Source of the DNA: an uncultured Candidatus Rokubacteria bacterium
GTDB taxonomy: Bacteria; Methylomirabilota; Methylomirabilia; Rokubacteriales; DASRDR01
Assembly (NCBI GenBank): GCA_963805625.1
Contig: CAWDVE010000013.1
Location: 160,001 to 224,000 of the forward strand
Direction of reading: 5' to 3'
Length of the DNA: 64,000 nucleotides
Positions 9,868 to 19,861 of this stretch are shown piece by piece. Every line of letters begins with the position of its first letter. The first letter of the stretch is position 1. The notes below the pieces were generated by a model, which was not told where the DNA came from, ran no database searches, and saw nothing but the letters and a program-made list of their open reading frames with translations. The position numbers were made by a program, and so were the translations under genes.

Positions 9868-10818
9868 TCAGGCGTCCGGGTGGGTCGTGATGAACCGGGC
9901 GGCGCGGGCGGGGTCCACCCCGGGCGCGCGCACCTCGACGCCCGCGGCCTCCTCCTGCAGTCGGAACACCACGTTGTTGTCGAGCCCGCCCCATCCGCGG
10001 TTCATCGCCTCGACGGCGATCTGCTCGGCGAGGTTCGTCATGGGCAACGGGACGTCGAACTCCCGGGCGAGCTCCGTGGCGAGCCCGATGTCCTTGCGCG
10101 CGAGGGCGAGGCTGAACATCGGCGGGTCGTACGCTCCGCGGAACACCGTCTTCGGCATCCCCTCGTGGAGGTAGTGCATCCGCCCCAGCGCGCCCCGCCG
10201 GAGCCCTTCCCATACCGCTTCCGCATCGACGCCCGCCTTGACGCCCAGGGTCAGAGCCTCGGCGACGGCCTGACGGACGCTGTGGCCCACCATGTTGTGG
10301 ACGAGCTTGCAGACCGAGCCCGCCCCGATCGCCCCGGCGTAGAAGACCTTGTCCCCGATCGCGTCGAGGACCGGCTTGACGCGCTCATAGACCGCCCGAT
10401 CGCCGCCCACCATGACTGCGAGGTTCCGCGTCGCGGCGCCGGTCTTGCCGCCGCTGACCGGCGCATCGAGGACGTGGATGCCCTTGTCGCGGAAGCGCGG
10501 CTCCAGCCGGCGGATCAGCGTCGGCCGGCTGGTCGTGGTGTCGACCCACACGCACCCCGTCCGCATGCTCTCCAGCAGGCCGCCCGGCCCCGTCGCCACC
10601 GCCTCGACCTCGGACGGGCCGGGCAGCGACGTGAGCGTCACGTCGGCGAGCCGCGCAGCCTCGGCCACGGACCCGGCCGCCCGCGCGCCGCGCGCGGCGA
10701 AGTCCCGCACGATCTCGGGTCGCAGGTCGTGGACTACCAGCGGGTAGCCCGCCTTCATCAGGTTCCCCGCCATGCCGCTGCCCATGTTGCCCAAGCCGAT
10801 CAATCCGACGGTGTGCAC
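9868..10818 (-). CDS. 3-hydroxyisobutyrate/2-hydroxy-3-oxopropionate reductase family NAD(P)-dependent dehydrogenase
   Basis: GLIGLGNMG, DAPVSGG, KLVHN, KDIGLA. Confidence 0.92.
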   Translation of the reverse strand: MHTVGLIGLGNMGSGMAGNLMKAGYPLVVHDLRPEIVRDFAARGARAAGSVAEAARLADVTLTSLPGPSEVEAVATGPGGLLESMRTGCVWVDTTTSRPTLIRRLEPRFRDKGIHVLDAPVSGGKTGAATRNLAVMVGGDRAVYERVKPVLDAIGDKVFYAGAIGAGSVCKLVHNMVGHSVRQAVAEALTLGVKAGVDAEAVWEGLRRGALGRMHYLHEGMPKTVFRGAYDPPMFSLALARKDIGLATELAREFDVPLPMTNLAEQIAVEAMNRGWGGLDNNVVFRLQEEAAGVEVRAPGVDPARAARFITTHPDA

Positions 10819-10911
10819 GCTGCCTCCTGTGGTTTCTGTCGCGACCGGATTCGAGCAAATCCGCTCCAGGATACCCGGACCCAGCTCACGACGGGTCGAC
10901 GATCCTGAACT

Positions 10912-11400
10912 CTACGGACGCCTCGGTCGAGCGGCGGGGTCGAGGACGATCTCCACGACGTCGACGCCCACCACCTTGACCCGGAGTCGCCAGGGCGGCG
11001 GGCCGGCGTCGACGAGCCGGAACACGGCCAGCGTGGTTCCGCGAGGACCCGGACCCCCGACCGGGATGCCGATCCCTGTCCCGACCGCGTAGCTGCCCCC
11101 GCTTCCCCAGCCTTCTGCGCCGACTCCGAGCCCCATCGAGAGGCCCCCGGAGGCACCGGCCGAGGAGGGCACGAGCGCTTCGGGCGCGATCTCCGCGTCC
11201 CCGTCCCGCACGAGCATCGCCCGCTCCACGCGATACCCCTCGGAACCAATCTCGACGCGTAGCTGATCCTCCGTCACGCGGACGTCTGCGGAAATCGTCG
11301 CGCCGAACGGTTGGCGCTCGGGCTGGTACGGGAGCGGCCTCGCGCACCCGGCGAGCGTCAGGATGGCGGGCAGGATCGCTCGCGCCGCCGCCACGGCCAC
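10912..11400 (-). CDS. Hypothetical lipoprotein
   Basis: Hydrophobic leader ending in LAGC, and a Gly-rich GLSMGLGVG...GTGIGIPVGG stretch. Start uncertain. Confidence 0.6.
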   Translation of the reverse strand: MAVAAARAILPAILTLAGCARPLPYQPERQPFGATISADVRVTEDQLRVEIGSEGYRVERAMLVRDGDAEIAPEALVPSSAGASGGLSMGLGVGAEGWGSGGSYAVGTGIGIPVGGPGPRGTTLAVFRLVDAGPPPWRLRVKVVGVDVVEIVLDPAARPRRP

Positions 11401-11437
11401 ACCACGCCCACATCCGGGCGTCACGCGAAGCGGCCTC

Positions 11438-11815
11438 TCACGCCGGCTCGGCGATCTCGATGAGGTTGCCGTCGGGGTCGCGGACGTAGACGGACCGGAT
11501 CGGTCCGGTCGCCCCCGTGCGGGGCACCGGGCCAGCCTCGATCGGGATCCCCGCCGTCTCAAGACGCCGGACTACCGCGTCGAGCGGCTCCTCCGCGATG
11601 AAGCAGAGATCGAGCGCGCCGGGCGTCGGCCGCGCCGCCTTCGGCTCGAACTCCCGGCCCGCCTCGTGAAGGTTGATCTTCTGGTCGCCGAACCGGAAGG
11701 CGGTGCGACCCTGGCCGAACGTTTCGAGGCGCATCCCCAGCACGCGCGTGTAGAAGTCGACACAGCGGTCGCGGTGACGCGTCGTCAGGACCAGGTGGTC
11801 GAGATGGTGGATCAC
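11438..11815 (-). CDS. VOC family protein (YaeR/GLOD5-like)
   Basis: LDHLVLT, FYTRVLGM, FGDQKINLH, GALDLCF, SVYVRDPDGNLIE. Confidence 0.92.
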   Translation of the reverse strand: MIHHLDHLVLTTRHRDRCVDFYTRVLGMRLETFGQGRTAFRFGDQKINLHEAGREFEPKAARPTPGALDLCFIAEEPLDAVVRRLETAGIPIEAGPVPRTGATGPIRSVYVRDPDGNLIEIAEPA

Positions 11816-11846
11816 GGCACGGCTCCCCGACGCAGGGTGAGCCGGC

Positions 11847-12260
11847 TCACTTGGGTCCGAGCGTGTAGGTCCAGCACTCCCCTTCAAGAACGGCCGTCCC
11901 GTCCTGGTTGGTGATGGTCGCCTTCAGCTGGCAGACGGGCTTGTCCGGCTTCACGGCGAGGACCTCGACCTCGGCGGTGAGCGTGTCTCCCAGGTACGTC
12001 GGCGCGAGATAGCGGAGTGACTGGCTCATGAAAACCGTGCCGGGGCCCGGGAGGTCCATGGCCACGAGCGCGTTGAGCATCCCGGCCGTGATCCCACCCT
12101 GCGCCACGAGGCGGCCGAACCGCGTGCGTCCGGCGAAGTCGGCGTCGAAGTGGAGCGGGTTCCGGTCGCCCGTGATCTCCGCGTAGAGCTCGACGTCCCG
12201 GGCGGTGACCGTCTTGCTCCGCCGCGCCCGCTGCCCCACGCTGAGCCCCAGCGGGTTCAT
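11847..12260 (-). CDS. MaoC/PhaJ-like (R)-specific hydratase
   Basis: TGDRNPLHFD...FG, DLPGPGT hotdog-fold motifs. Confidence 0.9.
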   Translation of the reverse strand: MNPLGLSVGQRARRSKTVTARDVELYAEITGDRNPLHFDADFAGRTRFGRLVAQGGITAGMLNALVAMDLPGPGTVFMSQSLRYLAPTYLGDTLTAEVEVLAVKPDKPVCQLKATITNQDGTAVLEGECWTYTLGPK

Positions 12261-12272
12261 GGGGTCACCCCG

Positions 12273-13544
12273 TCAGAACGGGGGGAGGGTCCCATCGGGG
12301 TCGAAGGTCATGGCGGCGGGCTCGCCGAGGGGGGTGAGGTCGTCGCGCCCCGGGAGGTCGGCCATGAAGGCCTCCGACACCTCGACCTCGGTCAGGCGAA
12401 GCGTGTTCTGGATCCGCACGACCCGCGCGTCCTCCGACCGGTCGAGCCCGAGGCAGGAAAGCGCCACGGCAACCGCCTCCCGCGTGCTGTCGAGCACCAC
12501 CGGCAGCTTGGGCCCGCCGGGCGAGCAGGCCGTCAGCGCGTTGACGTAGGTCGGCTCCCAGTCGATCTTGTCGGCGAGCCGGCGCGTCGTGAAGTCCGCC
12601 AGGCCGATCCCGTTGGCGTTGCCGTAGGTGTTGGCCGTCGTGTCACAGGCGAGGACGAACGTGATGCGGGGGCTCGTGAACGGCTGTTCGAACCACGTGG
12701 CGTGGCGGCCGATGACGTTCGTGTCCATGCCGGTGCCGGAGATCTCCTTCCCGATCTCGTCGACGATCAGGAGATCGACCGCCTCGAAGGGCAGCTTCGC
12801 CATCCAGGCGCGCGCCTTCCGCAGGAGCTCCCGTTCCCCGGCCTCGAGGTCGCCGGGCAGGAACGCCTGAACGAGGGCCGTCTCGTCGTACCCGTTCTCC
12901 ACGACGCCGAGGCCGAACGCAATCCGGCCGCTCCGGAGCATCCCCGCGCCGAGCCCCGTGATCATCCGCTCGTAGCCGAGCCGGATGTTCGCCCGGTGGG
13001 CCTGCACGGCGCCGCGGTGTTTGCCCGTGCCGATCGTCATCATCTTGAGGAGACCGGAGCCGATGTCCCCCGTGAAGCCGGTGTGGGGCTTGATGCGGTT
13101 GATGACGCCCACCCAGTCCGCCTCCGCCGCGTACCGGTCGAGCCAGATGGGCAGGCCGAGCGCCTCGCCGACCTGGACGACGTCCATCGTCGCGCGGACG
13201 GGGCAGTCCATGGTCGCCTCGGTCACCCCGTAGTGCTCGAGGACGGAGCGCTGTCCCTCGGCCGTGCCGCCACCGTGGCTCCCCATCGCGGGGATGATGA
13301 ACGGCTGCGCGCCCAGCGCCTTCATGTGCTCCACGGTCGCGCGGACGATCGCGTCGATATTGACGACGCCCCGGCTCCCGACGGTGAGGGCGACGGACTG
13401 GCCGGCCTTCACCGGGAGCGCGAGCCGGCCGAGTGCCGTTCGCACGGCGACGGGCACGTCCTTGATCGTGGGCCCGTGGAAGGCCTGCTTCACCCGAATC
13501 ATCCGAGGGACGCTCGAGGCTCGCGGAATTCCGGTGAGCTTCAT
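12273..13544 (-). CDS. LarA-like (DUF2088) nickel-pincer-dependent racemase/epimerase homolog
   Basis: VGSRG, PAMGSHGGGTAEGQ, NRIKPHT, SGLLKM, GKEISGTGMDTNVIGR, GNANGIGLAD. Confidence 0.72.
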   Translation of the reverse strand: MKLTGIPRASSVPRMIRVKQAFHGPTIKDVPVAVRTALGRLALPVKAGQSVALTVGSRGVVNIDAIVRATVEHMKALGAQPFIIPAMGSHGGGTAEGQRSVLEHYGVTEATMDCPVRATMDVVQVGEALGLPIWLDRYAAEADWVGVINRIKPHTGFTGDIGSGLLKMMTIGTGKHRGAVQAHRANIRLGYERMITGLGAGMLRSGRIAFGLGVVENGYDETALVQAFLPGDLEAGERELLRKARAWMAKLPFEAVDLLIVDEIGKEISGTGMDTNVIGRHATWFEQPFTSPRITFVLACDTTANTYGNANGIGLADFTTRRLADKIDWEPTYVNALTACSPGGPKLPVVLDSTREAVAVALSCLGLDRSEDARVVRIQNTLRLTEVEVSEAFMADLPGRDDLTPLGEPAAMTFDPDGTLPPF

Positions 13545-13828
13545 CGGGGCTTGATCTCGATCTCCACGAAGACGACCTCACGGTCGTTCGGATTCCACAC
13601 GTCGTGCTCGGCGCCGGCTACCCGGAAGTATGCCTGGCCGGGCACGATGTCGTTCGACACCTCCGCCTGCGCGGTCCGGATGCGGAGCGGCCCCACGGTC
13701 ATCGGGACGACCACGTAGTCGTACTCGTGGCGGTGCCAGCCGGTCGCCTCACCCCTGGCGAATCGCCATTCGGTCACCCGGACCTGATCGTTGTCGACCT
13801 GGACTGTGGACCGAGCCTTCCCGCTCAT
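13541..13828 (-). CDS. Small cupin (BauB-like)
   Basis: VDNDQVRVTEWRF...TGWHRHEYDYVVVP...GAEHDV...FVEIEIK. Confidence 0.8.
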   Translation of the reverse strand: MSGKARSTVQVDNDQVRVTEWRFARGEATGWHRHEYDYVVVPMTVGPLRIRTAQAEVSNDIVPGQAYFRVAGAEHDVWNPNDREVVFVEIEIKPR

Positions 13829-14070
13829 TTCAGCGCCTCGGCTTTCGTCATCATGGTGACAGTCGCGCCCGCGACACGCCCGCGTCCATGTCCCAGTCGC
13901 GGCAGCCGACGTAGGCGCCCTCGAGGGCGAAATGAGTCATGTGCTCCTGGAACGTCATGCGCCGGCAGCGCGCGCCGACGCGTCGGTGCCGTAGAGGGTC
14001 CGCCGGACACGCTCGGCCTCCTCGGCCGACGCCACGTATTCGGTGAGCCCGTCGTAGACCTTCACGTCGG

Positions 14071-15408
14071 TCACTTGCTACCCGTCGCAGGAGAAGCCAT
14101 GTCTGACCCGAAGCGGGCGCGCACGGCGTCGAATGCCGCGTCCGTCCGCTCCAGGGCAAGCCGCACGTCGGCGTCCGTGTGCGCCACCGACAGGAACCAG
14201 TTGTGCCAGGGGTGGAGCCATACGCCGCGCCGGGCGGCCTCGCTGGTGAACACGTTGGCCCGGTCGAAGGTCCCCGCCGCCACGTCGGCCGCGAATGTCA
14301 TGAATGGCAGCTGCACCGGGCCGCTCTGGGTGATCCGGAGCCCGCGAGCCCGCGCCTGAAGGGCGAGCCCCTCGCGGAGGAGGGTGCCCGCGCGAGTCAT
14401 TCGCTCGATCCCCCGCTCGGTTTCGAGGGCCTCGAGCGTTGCGAGCGCGGCCGCCATGGGGACGGCCGCGAACCAGAAGGAGCCGGTGGCAAAGACCTGC
14501 TGGGCCGCGTCCCGCAGGGAATCCCGCCCGAGGACCGCCGCCAGCGGGTAGCCGTTCGCGATCGCCTTGCTGTACGCGGAGAGGTCGGGCCGGACGCCGA
14601 GCGGCTCCCAGCTCCCGCCGAGGTGAAGGCGGAAACCCGCGCGCACGTCGTCGAGGACCAGGACTGCGCCCCGACGGTCGCAGAGGGCCCGCACCCCGCG
14701 CGCGAACGCCGGGTCGCATTCCTCCTGGTCAAACCGGGCGTCGTGGCGAAACGCGGACACCAGGACCCCGGCCAGGTCGCCGCCGGCCTGATCGGCGGCC
14801 GCCTCGACGCTGGCGAGGTCGTTGTAGACGAACGGGATGAGGTGCGCCCGGTCCTCGAGCGTCGTCCCGGCCGGCCGGGGCGTGCACCAGGGGGCCGAGC
14901 CGTGGTAGGCGCCTCGCGCGACCAGCACCTTCCGGCGGCCCGTCGCCGCTCGGGCGATCGAGAGGGTGAGGGTCGTGGCGTCGGTGCCGTTCTTCGCGAA
15001 CATCGCCCAGTCGGCATGCGGCACCAGCTCGACCAGCCGCTCCGCCAGCTCCACCATCCGCGGGGACGGGCCGTTCTGGCAATCGGCGAGGGCCTGCTGC
15101 CGCTCGACCGCCGCCTCCACGGCCGGATGCGCGTGGCCGAGGACGATCGGGCCGAAGCTGCAGACGAAGTCCACGTACTCCCGCCCGTCGACGTCCCAGA
15201 TCCGGCACCCGCGGCCACGCTCGAGGAACTGGGGAAACGGCGCGGGCCAGGTCGCCGCGTTCTGATGCCCGTACATCCCGCCGGGGATCACCCGGCGCGC
15301 CCGGTCTCGGAGCGCGGCGTCCCGGCTCGCGACCCGCTCGGCCTCGGCGCGCGCCGGTACCGTCCCGCTCCCGGACACCACTGCCGACTGCCCTGCGTCA
15401 GCTGTCAT
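14071..15408 (-). CDS. Class III aminotransferase (glutamate-1-semialdehyde aminomutase-like)
   Basis: WDVDGREYVD, LGHAHP, KNGTDAT, YHG, DDVRAGFR, PDLSAYSKAIANG (PLP Lys). Confidence 0.9.
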   Translation of the reverse strand: MTADAGQSAVVSGSGTVPARAEAERVASRDAALRDRARRVIPGGMYGHQNAATWPAPFPQFLERGRGCRIWDVDGREYVDFVCSFGPIVLGHAHPAVEAAVERQQALADCQNGPSPRMVELAERLVELVPHADWAMFAKNGTDATTLTLSIARAATGRRKVLVARGAYHGSAPWCTPRPAGTTLEDRAHLIPFVYNDLASVEAAADQAGGDLAGVLVSAFRHDARFDQEECDPAFARGVRALCDRRGAVLVLDDVRAGFRLHLGGSWEPLGVRPDLSAYSKAIANGYPLAAVLGRDSLRDAAQQVFATGSFWFAAVPMAAALATLEALETERGIERMTRAGTLLREGLALQARARGLRITQSGPVQLPFMTFAADVAAGTFDRANVFTSEAARRGVWLHPWHNWFLSVAHTDADVRLALERTDAAFDAVRARFGSDMASPATGSK

Positions 15409-16592
15409 CGCACGATCTCCCCTTCGTCCCGGAGCGCTGCGCCCAGCCGGGCGAAGCCTCCCTCCAGATCAGCAATCAGGTCCTCGACGGCCTCGAGACC
15501 GACGTGGAGGCGCAGCAGGAAGCCGGGCTCCCGCCAGGGCCGCACGGTGCGTTCGGGATGCACCGGGACGATCAGGCTCTCGAAGCCCCCATAGCTCGCG
15601 CCGATCTTGAAGAGCCGGAGCCCGTCGACCATCGCCGCCACCGCCTTCTCCGCGCCCGTGCCCAGGAGGACGCCGAAGACGCTCGACGCCCCGCGGAAGT
15701 CGCGCTTCCAGATCGCATGGCCCGGGTCCTCCGGCAGCGCCGGGTGCAGGACGCGGGCGACCTCCGGGCGGCGCGCTAGCCACTCGGCGACGCGGAGCGC
15801 GGCCGCCTCGTGGTGACGGAGACGCACAGCGAGGGTCCGCAGCCCGCGGAGCGCCTCGTAGCAAACGTCAGGCGCCGGGCAGTCGCCGAACGTCGACGCG
15901 CCGTCGCGCGCAACGCGGTACAGCTCCTCGGTCCTCGTCGTGACGGCGCCGAGCAGGAGGTCGGAGTGGCCGGCGACGAACTTGGTTAGCGCCTGGATCT
16001 CCACGTCCACGCCGTGATCGAAGGGCCGGAAGTAGAGCGGCGTCGCCCAGGTGTTGTCGAGGAGCACGAGGGCGCCGCGGGCGCGGGCCGCGGCGGCAAT
16101 CGCGGGCACGTCCTGGACCTCGAACGTCTGCGACCCCGGGGACTCGAGGTACACGACCTGCGTGTTCGGACGGATCAGGCCGGCGATGCCCGCCCCCGCC
16201 CGGGGATCGTAGAAGGTGACCTCGACACCGTAGCGCGCGAGGATCTGGGTGCAGAACACGCGGGTCGGCCCGTAGACCGTGTCCGCGATCAGCAGATGAT
16301 CGTCCCGCCGGAGGAAGGCGGTGAGCGTCTGCGTCACCGCCGAGAGCCCCGACGAGAGAAGGAGGGTCCGCGCGCCGCCCGAGAGCTCGGCCAATGCTTC
16401 CGCCAGGGCGACGGTGGTGGGCGTGCCGTGGATGCCGTAGGCGAAGGCCGTGAACCGGCGCTCGTGGCGGCCCTCGTAGGCGGCCATCGTCGGATAGAGG
16501 ATCGTGGAGGCCCGGTAGAGCGGCGGGTTGACGATCCCCTCCTGCCGCTCCGGGTCCCGGCCGGCATGGACCAGCCGCGTTTCCCTCTCCAT
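15405..16592 (-). CDS. metC: Cystathionine beta-lyase
   Basis: VNPPLYRASTI, YGIHGTPT, ESPGSQTFEVQD, DNTWATP, TKFVAGHSD, SYGGFESL. Confidence 0.9.
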   Translation of the reverse strand: MERETRLVHAGRDPERQEGIVNPPLYRASTILYPTMAAYEGRHERRFTAFAYGIHGTPTTVALAEALAELSGGARTLLLSSGLSAVTQTLTAFLRRDDHLLIADTVYGPTRVFCTQILARYGVEVTFYDPRAGAGIAGLIRPNTQVVYLESPGSQTFEVQDVPAIAAAARARGALVLLDNTWATPLYFRPFDHGVDVEIQALTKFVAGHSDLLLGAVTTRTEELYRVARDGASTFGDCPAPDVCYEALRGLRTLAVRLRHHEAAALRVAEWLARRPEVARVLHPALPEDPGHAIWKRDFRGASSVFGVLLGTGAEKAVAAMVDGLRLFKIGASYGGFESLIVPVHPERTVRPWREPGFLLRLHVGLEAVEDLIADLEGGFARLGAALRDEGEIVR

Positions 16593-16688
16593 GGCCCCTC
16601 CTCGAGCGCGTCGTGCCCGGCCCAGGCCAGGCGAGATCATTCTACCCGGTGCGACCCGTCTTTCGCTGGCGCAGGTCGCCGACGCCGT

Positions 16689-17447
16689 TCACTCGAGGGT
16701 CAGCCCGCCGTCGACGACGATGGTCGCGCCCGTCACGTACGCAGCGGCCTCGCTGGCGAGAAACACGGCCGCGCCCGCGACGTCCTGGGGACGCCCGATG
16801 CGGTCCATGGGGATGAGGCCCTGCTTCGCCCGCCGGTTCTCGGGCTGGGCGAGGAAGGCCCGGTTCAGGTCCGTCTCGATGGTCCCCGGCGCGATCAGGT
16901 TGACCGTGATGCCCGTCGGCGCCAGCTCGAGCGCCATCGCCTTCGCGAGCTGCATCACGCCGCCCTTCGTCGCCACGTAGTGAGCGATGCCGCGGTTCAC
17001 CGTGAACTGGTTCACCGAGCTGACCATGATGATCCGCCCGCCGGCCCGGCGCGTGACCATGTGGCGCGCCGCCTCCTGACCGATCGCGAAGTATCCACGC
17101 AGGTTGACGGCGTGAACCCGGTCCCACTCGGCGTCGGTCAGGTCGAGGAACGGCACGCGGGACAGGACCGCCGCGCAACAGACGACGACGTCGAGAGCGC
17201 CCAGATCGTCTGCCGCGCGCCGCACCAGGGCTCGCGCCGCCGCCGGGTCGGCGAGATCGGCCGACAGGGCGACGGCGCGTCGGCCGGACGCTCGAAGCCG
17301 GTCGACCAGCTCGAGGGCGACCGCCCCGTCCCCGTAGTAGTGCACGGCAACGTCGGCACCCTCGGCCCCGAGGGCCTCGGCGATCGCTCGTCCGATCCCC
17401 CGCGACCCTGCGCCCGTCACCAGTGCCCCCTTCCCCTCGAGCGACAT
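16689..17447 (-). CDS. SDR family oxidoreductase
   Basis: TGAGSRGIG, YVATK catalytic motif, VNLIAPG, VDGG. Confidence 0.92.
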   Translation of the reverse strand: MSLEGKGALVTGAGSRGIGRAIAEALGAEGADVAVHYYGDGAVALELVDRLRASGRRAVALSADLADPAAARALVRRAADDLGALDVVVCCAAVLSRVPFLDLTDAEWDRVHAVNLRGYFAIGQEAARHMVTRRAGGRIIMVSSVNQFTVNRGIAHYVATKGGVMQLAKAMALELAPTGITVNLIAPGTIETDLNRAFLAQPENRRAKQGLIPMDRIGRPQDVAGAAVFLASEAAAYVTGATIVVDGGLTLE

Positions 17448-17630
17448 CCCGCCTCCCTCGTTCAGTTGGCGTCAGTTGGTGCGTCGGTGACCTTGCGACC
17501 CGCGGACCGAATCGTGTCAGGAGAACGAGGGCGCGTCAAACCGGCTTCAACTGATGGCTTGTCAGCGCCAGGGCCCTCGACTACCGTGCTCGTGGGAGCC
17601 AGGAATCGTGGCACGTGGGGAGCGGGAGCG

Positions 17631-18701
17631 ATGATCGCGGGGTTCGGCCGGCGCGAACGCTGGGTCGCCTCATTTGCCCTCGGCGCCCTCGCGCTCCTCG
17701 CAATCCCTGCGCTCGCCGAGGTCCGATTGCCCCCGGGGTTCGTGAAGGAGGTGTACGTCACCGGCCAGGGATTCGCGACCGGGCGTGGCTCACGAGGCAT
17801 CCCCGCGACGTCCACTCTCGTCTTCGACCGTTCGGGGAGCCTCTTTCTGGCTCGCACCGGTGCCCGGTACCAGAATTCGGAGACGGACGACCTCACCCCG
17901 GTGTACCGGGTGCCGCCGGGCGGCGGGCGCCTCACGCCTGAGACGGAGTCCCGGTACCTCTACGGGCCGCCGCTGCGGAACGCGCAGACCGTCGCCGTCC
18001 GAGCGGGACTCGAGCTGTTCGTGACGACCTTCGACCGGGATCGGCGGCTCGGCGTCGTCTACCGGGTGATCGACGGGCGTGCCGAGCTCTTCGCCGGCGG
18101 CACACCCCCCCGGGAAGCTCCGCCGCTCCTCCGCCAGCCCGAAGGCGTCGCCGTCGACTCGGCTGGCCGTCTCTACGTCGCGGATCGCGAGTCGGGACGC
18201 GTGCTGCTCCTGGACCCCGCGGGGCGCGTGCTCGACCCGCGCTACGTGGTGGTGCAGCGGCCTCGTGTTCTTGCCACCGACGCGACAGATGCCCTCTGGA
18301 TCGGCGCCGATGGGAATGCCGAGGCGCCCTGGCAGCAAGGTCCCGGGGAGATTTGGCGCGTCCCGCGCGACGGCTCGCCGGCTCTCCTACTCCGCGGACC
18401 GATACCCGCGGCGATCGCGGTGAGCCCGGGCGGCCACCTCCTCGCGGCCGACCGCCAAGGAGCCGAGCTGTTCGCCCTCACCCCGGAGGGTCAGCGCGTC
18501 CCCTTCTTGACCTACACCCAGGGAGACGCGCCGCGGGGTCTCGCCTTCGCCCCCGACACGCCCGAGACGCGGCGGGCAGGGATCGCCGGTGATCTGTTCG
18601 TGGCGACGATCAACGTCGGCGCGTGGCCCGTCAATGAGATCATCCGGATCTCCGGCCCTTTCGACGAGCTGATCCGCCAGCGGGCTGCCGCTTCCCCTTG
18701 A
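17631..18701 (+). CDS. Secreted NHL/SMP-30-like beta-propeller protein
   Basis: Signal peptide ending ALA-E. QPEGVAVDSAGRLYVAD NHL repeat plus related repeats. Confidence 0.7.
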   Translation: MIAGFGRRERWVASFALGALALLAIPALAEVRLPPGFVKEVYVTGQGFATGRGSRGIPATSTLVFDRSGSLFLARTGARYQNSETDDLTPVYRVPPGGGRLTPETESRYLYGPPLRNAQTVAVRAGLELFVTTFDRDRRLGVVYRVIDGRAELFAGGTPPREAPPLLRQPEGVAVDSAGRLYVADRESGRVLLLDPAGRVLDPRYVVVQRPRVLATDATDALWIGADGNAEAPWQQGPGEIWRVPRDGSPALLLRGPIPAAIAVSPGGHLLAADRQGAELFALTPEGQRVPFLTYTQGDAPRGLAFAPDTPETRRAGIAGDLFVATINVGAWPVNEIIRISGPFDELIRQRAAASP

Positions 18702-18740
18702 AGGGGGAGCGCGCCGACGCTGTTTCTTGGGTCCCTGACT

Positions 18741-18756
18741 TGGCACTCTGCTAGCA
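18741..18756 (+). promoter_or_regulatory. Possible sigma-54 promoter for the trypsin-like protease
   Basis: TGGCACTCTGCTAGCA has GG-N10-GC spacing and one mismatch in the -12 box. Confidence 0.4.
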
Positions 18757-18793
18757 TCTCTCCAGCCTGATCGAGGCGAGGGTCGGCGGAACG

Positions 18794-19564
18794 ATGGCCG
18801 AGCAGGAGGGCCGAGTGAGGCGACGGGTCGAGTGGAGAACCGCACTCCTCTGCGCCGGGATGCTAATGCTGGCCGCAGGATGCGCGACGCCACCCCGGGC
18901 GCCGGCTCGCTCTGAGCTCCTGCGCGGTGTGCTGCCGTCCGCGGTCCAGCTCCTGGCAGAGCGTCCAGGCGGAGGGCGCCGTGCGGCATCCGGCGTCGTC
19001 GTCGCGTCGGATTCCGTCCACCGTCGCACCTGGGTCTTGACCGCCGGACACTTCGTCGCGCCCCCGGTTCCCAATGCGGTCTACGTCCGCACGACAGGTG
19101 CGCGTGACCGATTCCGTGCCACCCTCGTGCGAGCGGACAGCGAGTCAGACCTGGCCCTCCTTCTCGTCCCGGATCTGGTGCTGCCGCCCGTTCGGCAACG
19201 CGAGAACGCCCACCTCGGAGACGACGTCTGGGTTGTCGCATTCCCACGAGGCCGCCAGATGACGCTGGCGAGCGGAACGGTCAGTCAGGTCGGCACGGGC
19301 AGCGAGACGGACGCAACCGAGGGGCCGGTGCGGCTGGTCGACACCTCGGTGAGCTACGGCGCGAGCGGCGCCGGCGTCTTCGACGCCGAGACCGGTGAGC
19401 TGATCGGCGTGGTGGAGGGGTACCGGACGGCGCAGATCGCGGCTCGCGACGCGCCGGATCGCATCATGGAGATTCCCGTCCCTGGCGAAACGCTCGTGAT
19501 CTCAACGCAGGCGATCCGCCGGTTCCTGGCCGGCGCTCAGCTCGAAGCCTTCGCACCCCGATGA
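18794..19564 (+). CDS. Trypsin-like (S1C) serine protease, lipoprotein
   Basis: LAAGC lipobox. Catalytic triad motifs LTAGH, SDLALL, GASGAGV. No PDZ domain. Confidence 0.85.
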   Translation: MAEQEGRVRRRVEWRTALLCAGMLMLAAGCATPPRAPARSELLRGVLPSAVQLLAERPGGGRRAASGVVVASDSVHRRTWVLTAGHFVAPPVPNAVYVRTTGARDRFRATLVRADSESDLALLLVPDLVLPPVRQRENAHLGDDVWVVAFPRGRQMTLASGTVSQVGTGSETDATEGPVRLVDTSVSYGASGAGVFDAETGELIGVVEGYRTAQIAARDAPDRIMEIPVPGETLVISTQAIRRFLAGAQLEAFAPR

Positions 19565-19609
19565 CGATCGGGCACGCCGCCGACCGGCGTGCCCGATGGC
19601 GTCCCAACG

Positions 19610-19861
19610 CTACTGCGAGACCTGGATCTCGGTAACGACCTTCTTCCCGTCCTTCTCCTCGTACGACGCCTTGACGGTGGCGCCCTCCTTCAGGTCGTCG
19701 GTGGATACCGATTCCGCCAGCCAGAGCTGGGTACCGTCCTCGAGCACGATGCTGCGGTCGCTCGTGTCCACCTTCTGGATCTTGCCAGAGACTTCTTCCG
19801 CCCAGAGCGGCGCTGCGGTGAATGCCAGCAACAGGGCTACGATCGCGAGCTTCTTGAGCAT
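19610..19861 (-). CDS. DUF1344-like small secreted OB-fold protein
   Basis: Signal peptide MLKKLAIVALLLAFTAAPLWA, then GKIQKVD...IVLEDG...LKEGATVKASYEEKDGKKVVTEI. GGAGGA SD. Confidence 0.8.
   Translation of the reverse strand: MLKKLAIVALLLAFTAAPLWAEEVSGKIQKVDTSDRSIVLEDGTQLWLAESVSTDDLKEGATVKASYEEKDGKKVVTEIQVSQ

Noticed and set aside
16014-17630. N-terminal 540 aa of the 895-aa ORF 16014..18701
   Set aside because: Antisense shadow of metC and the SDR. The real protein starts at the signal peptide (17631).
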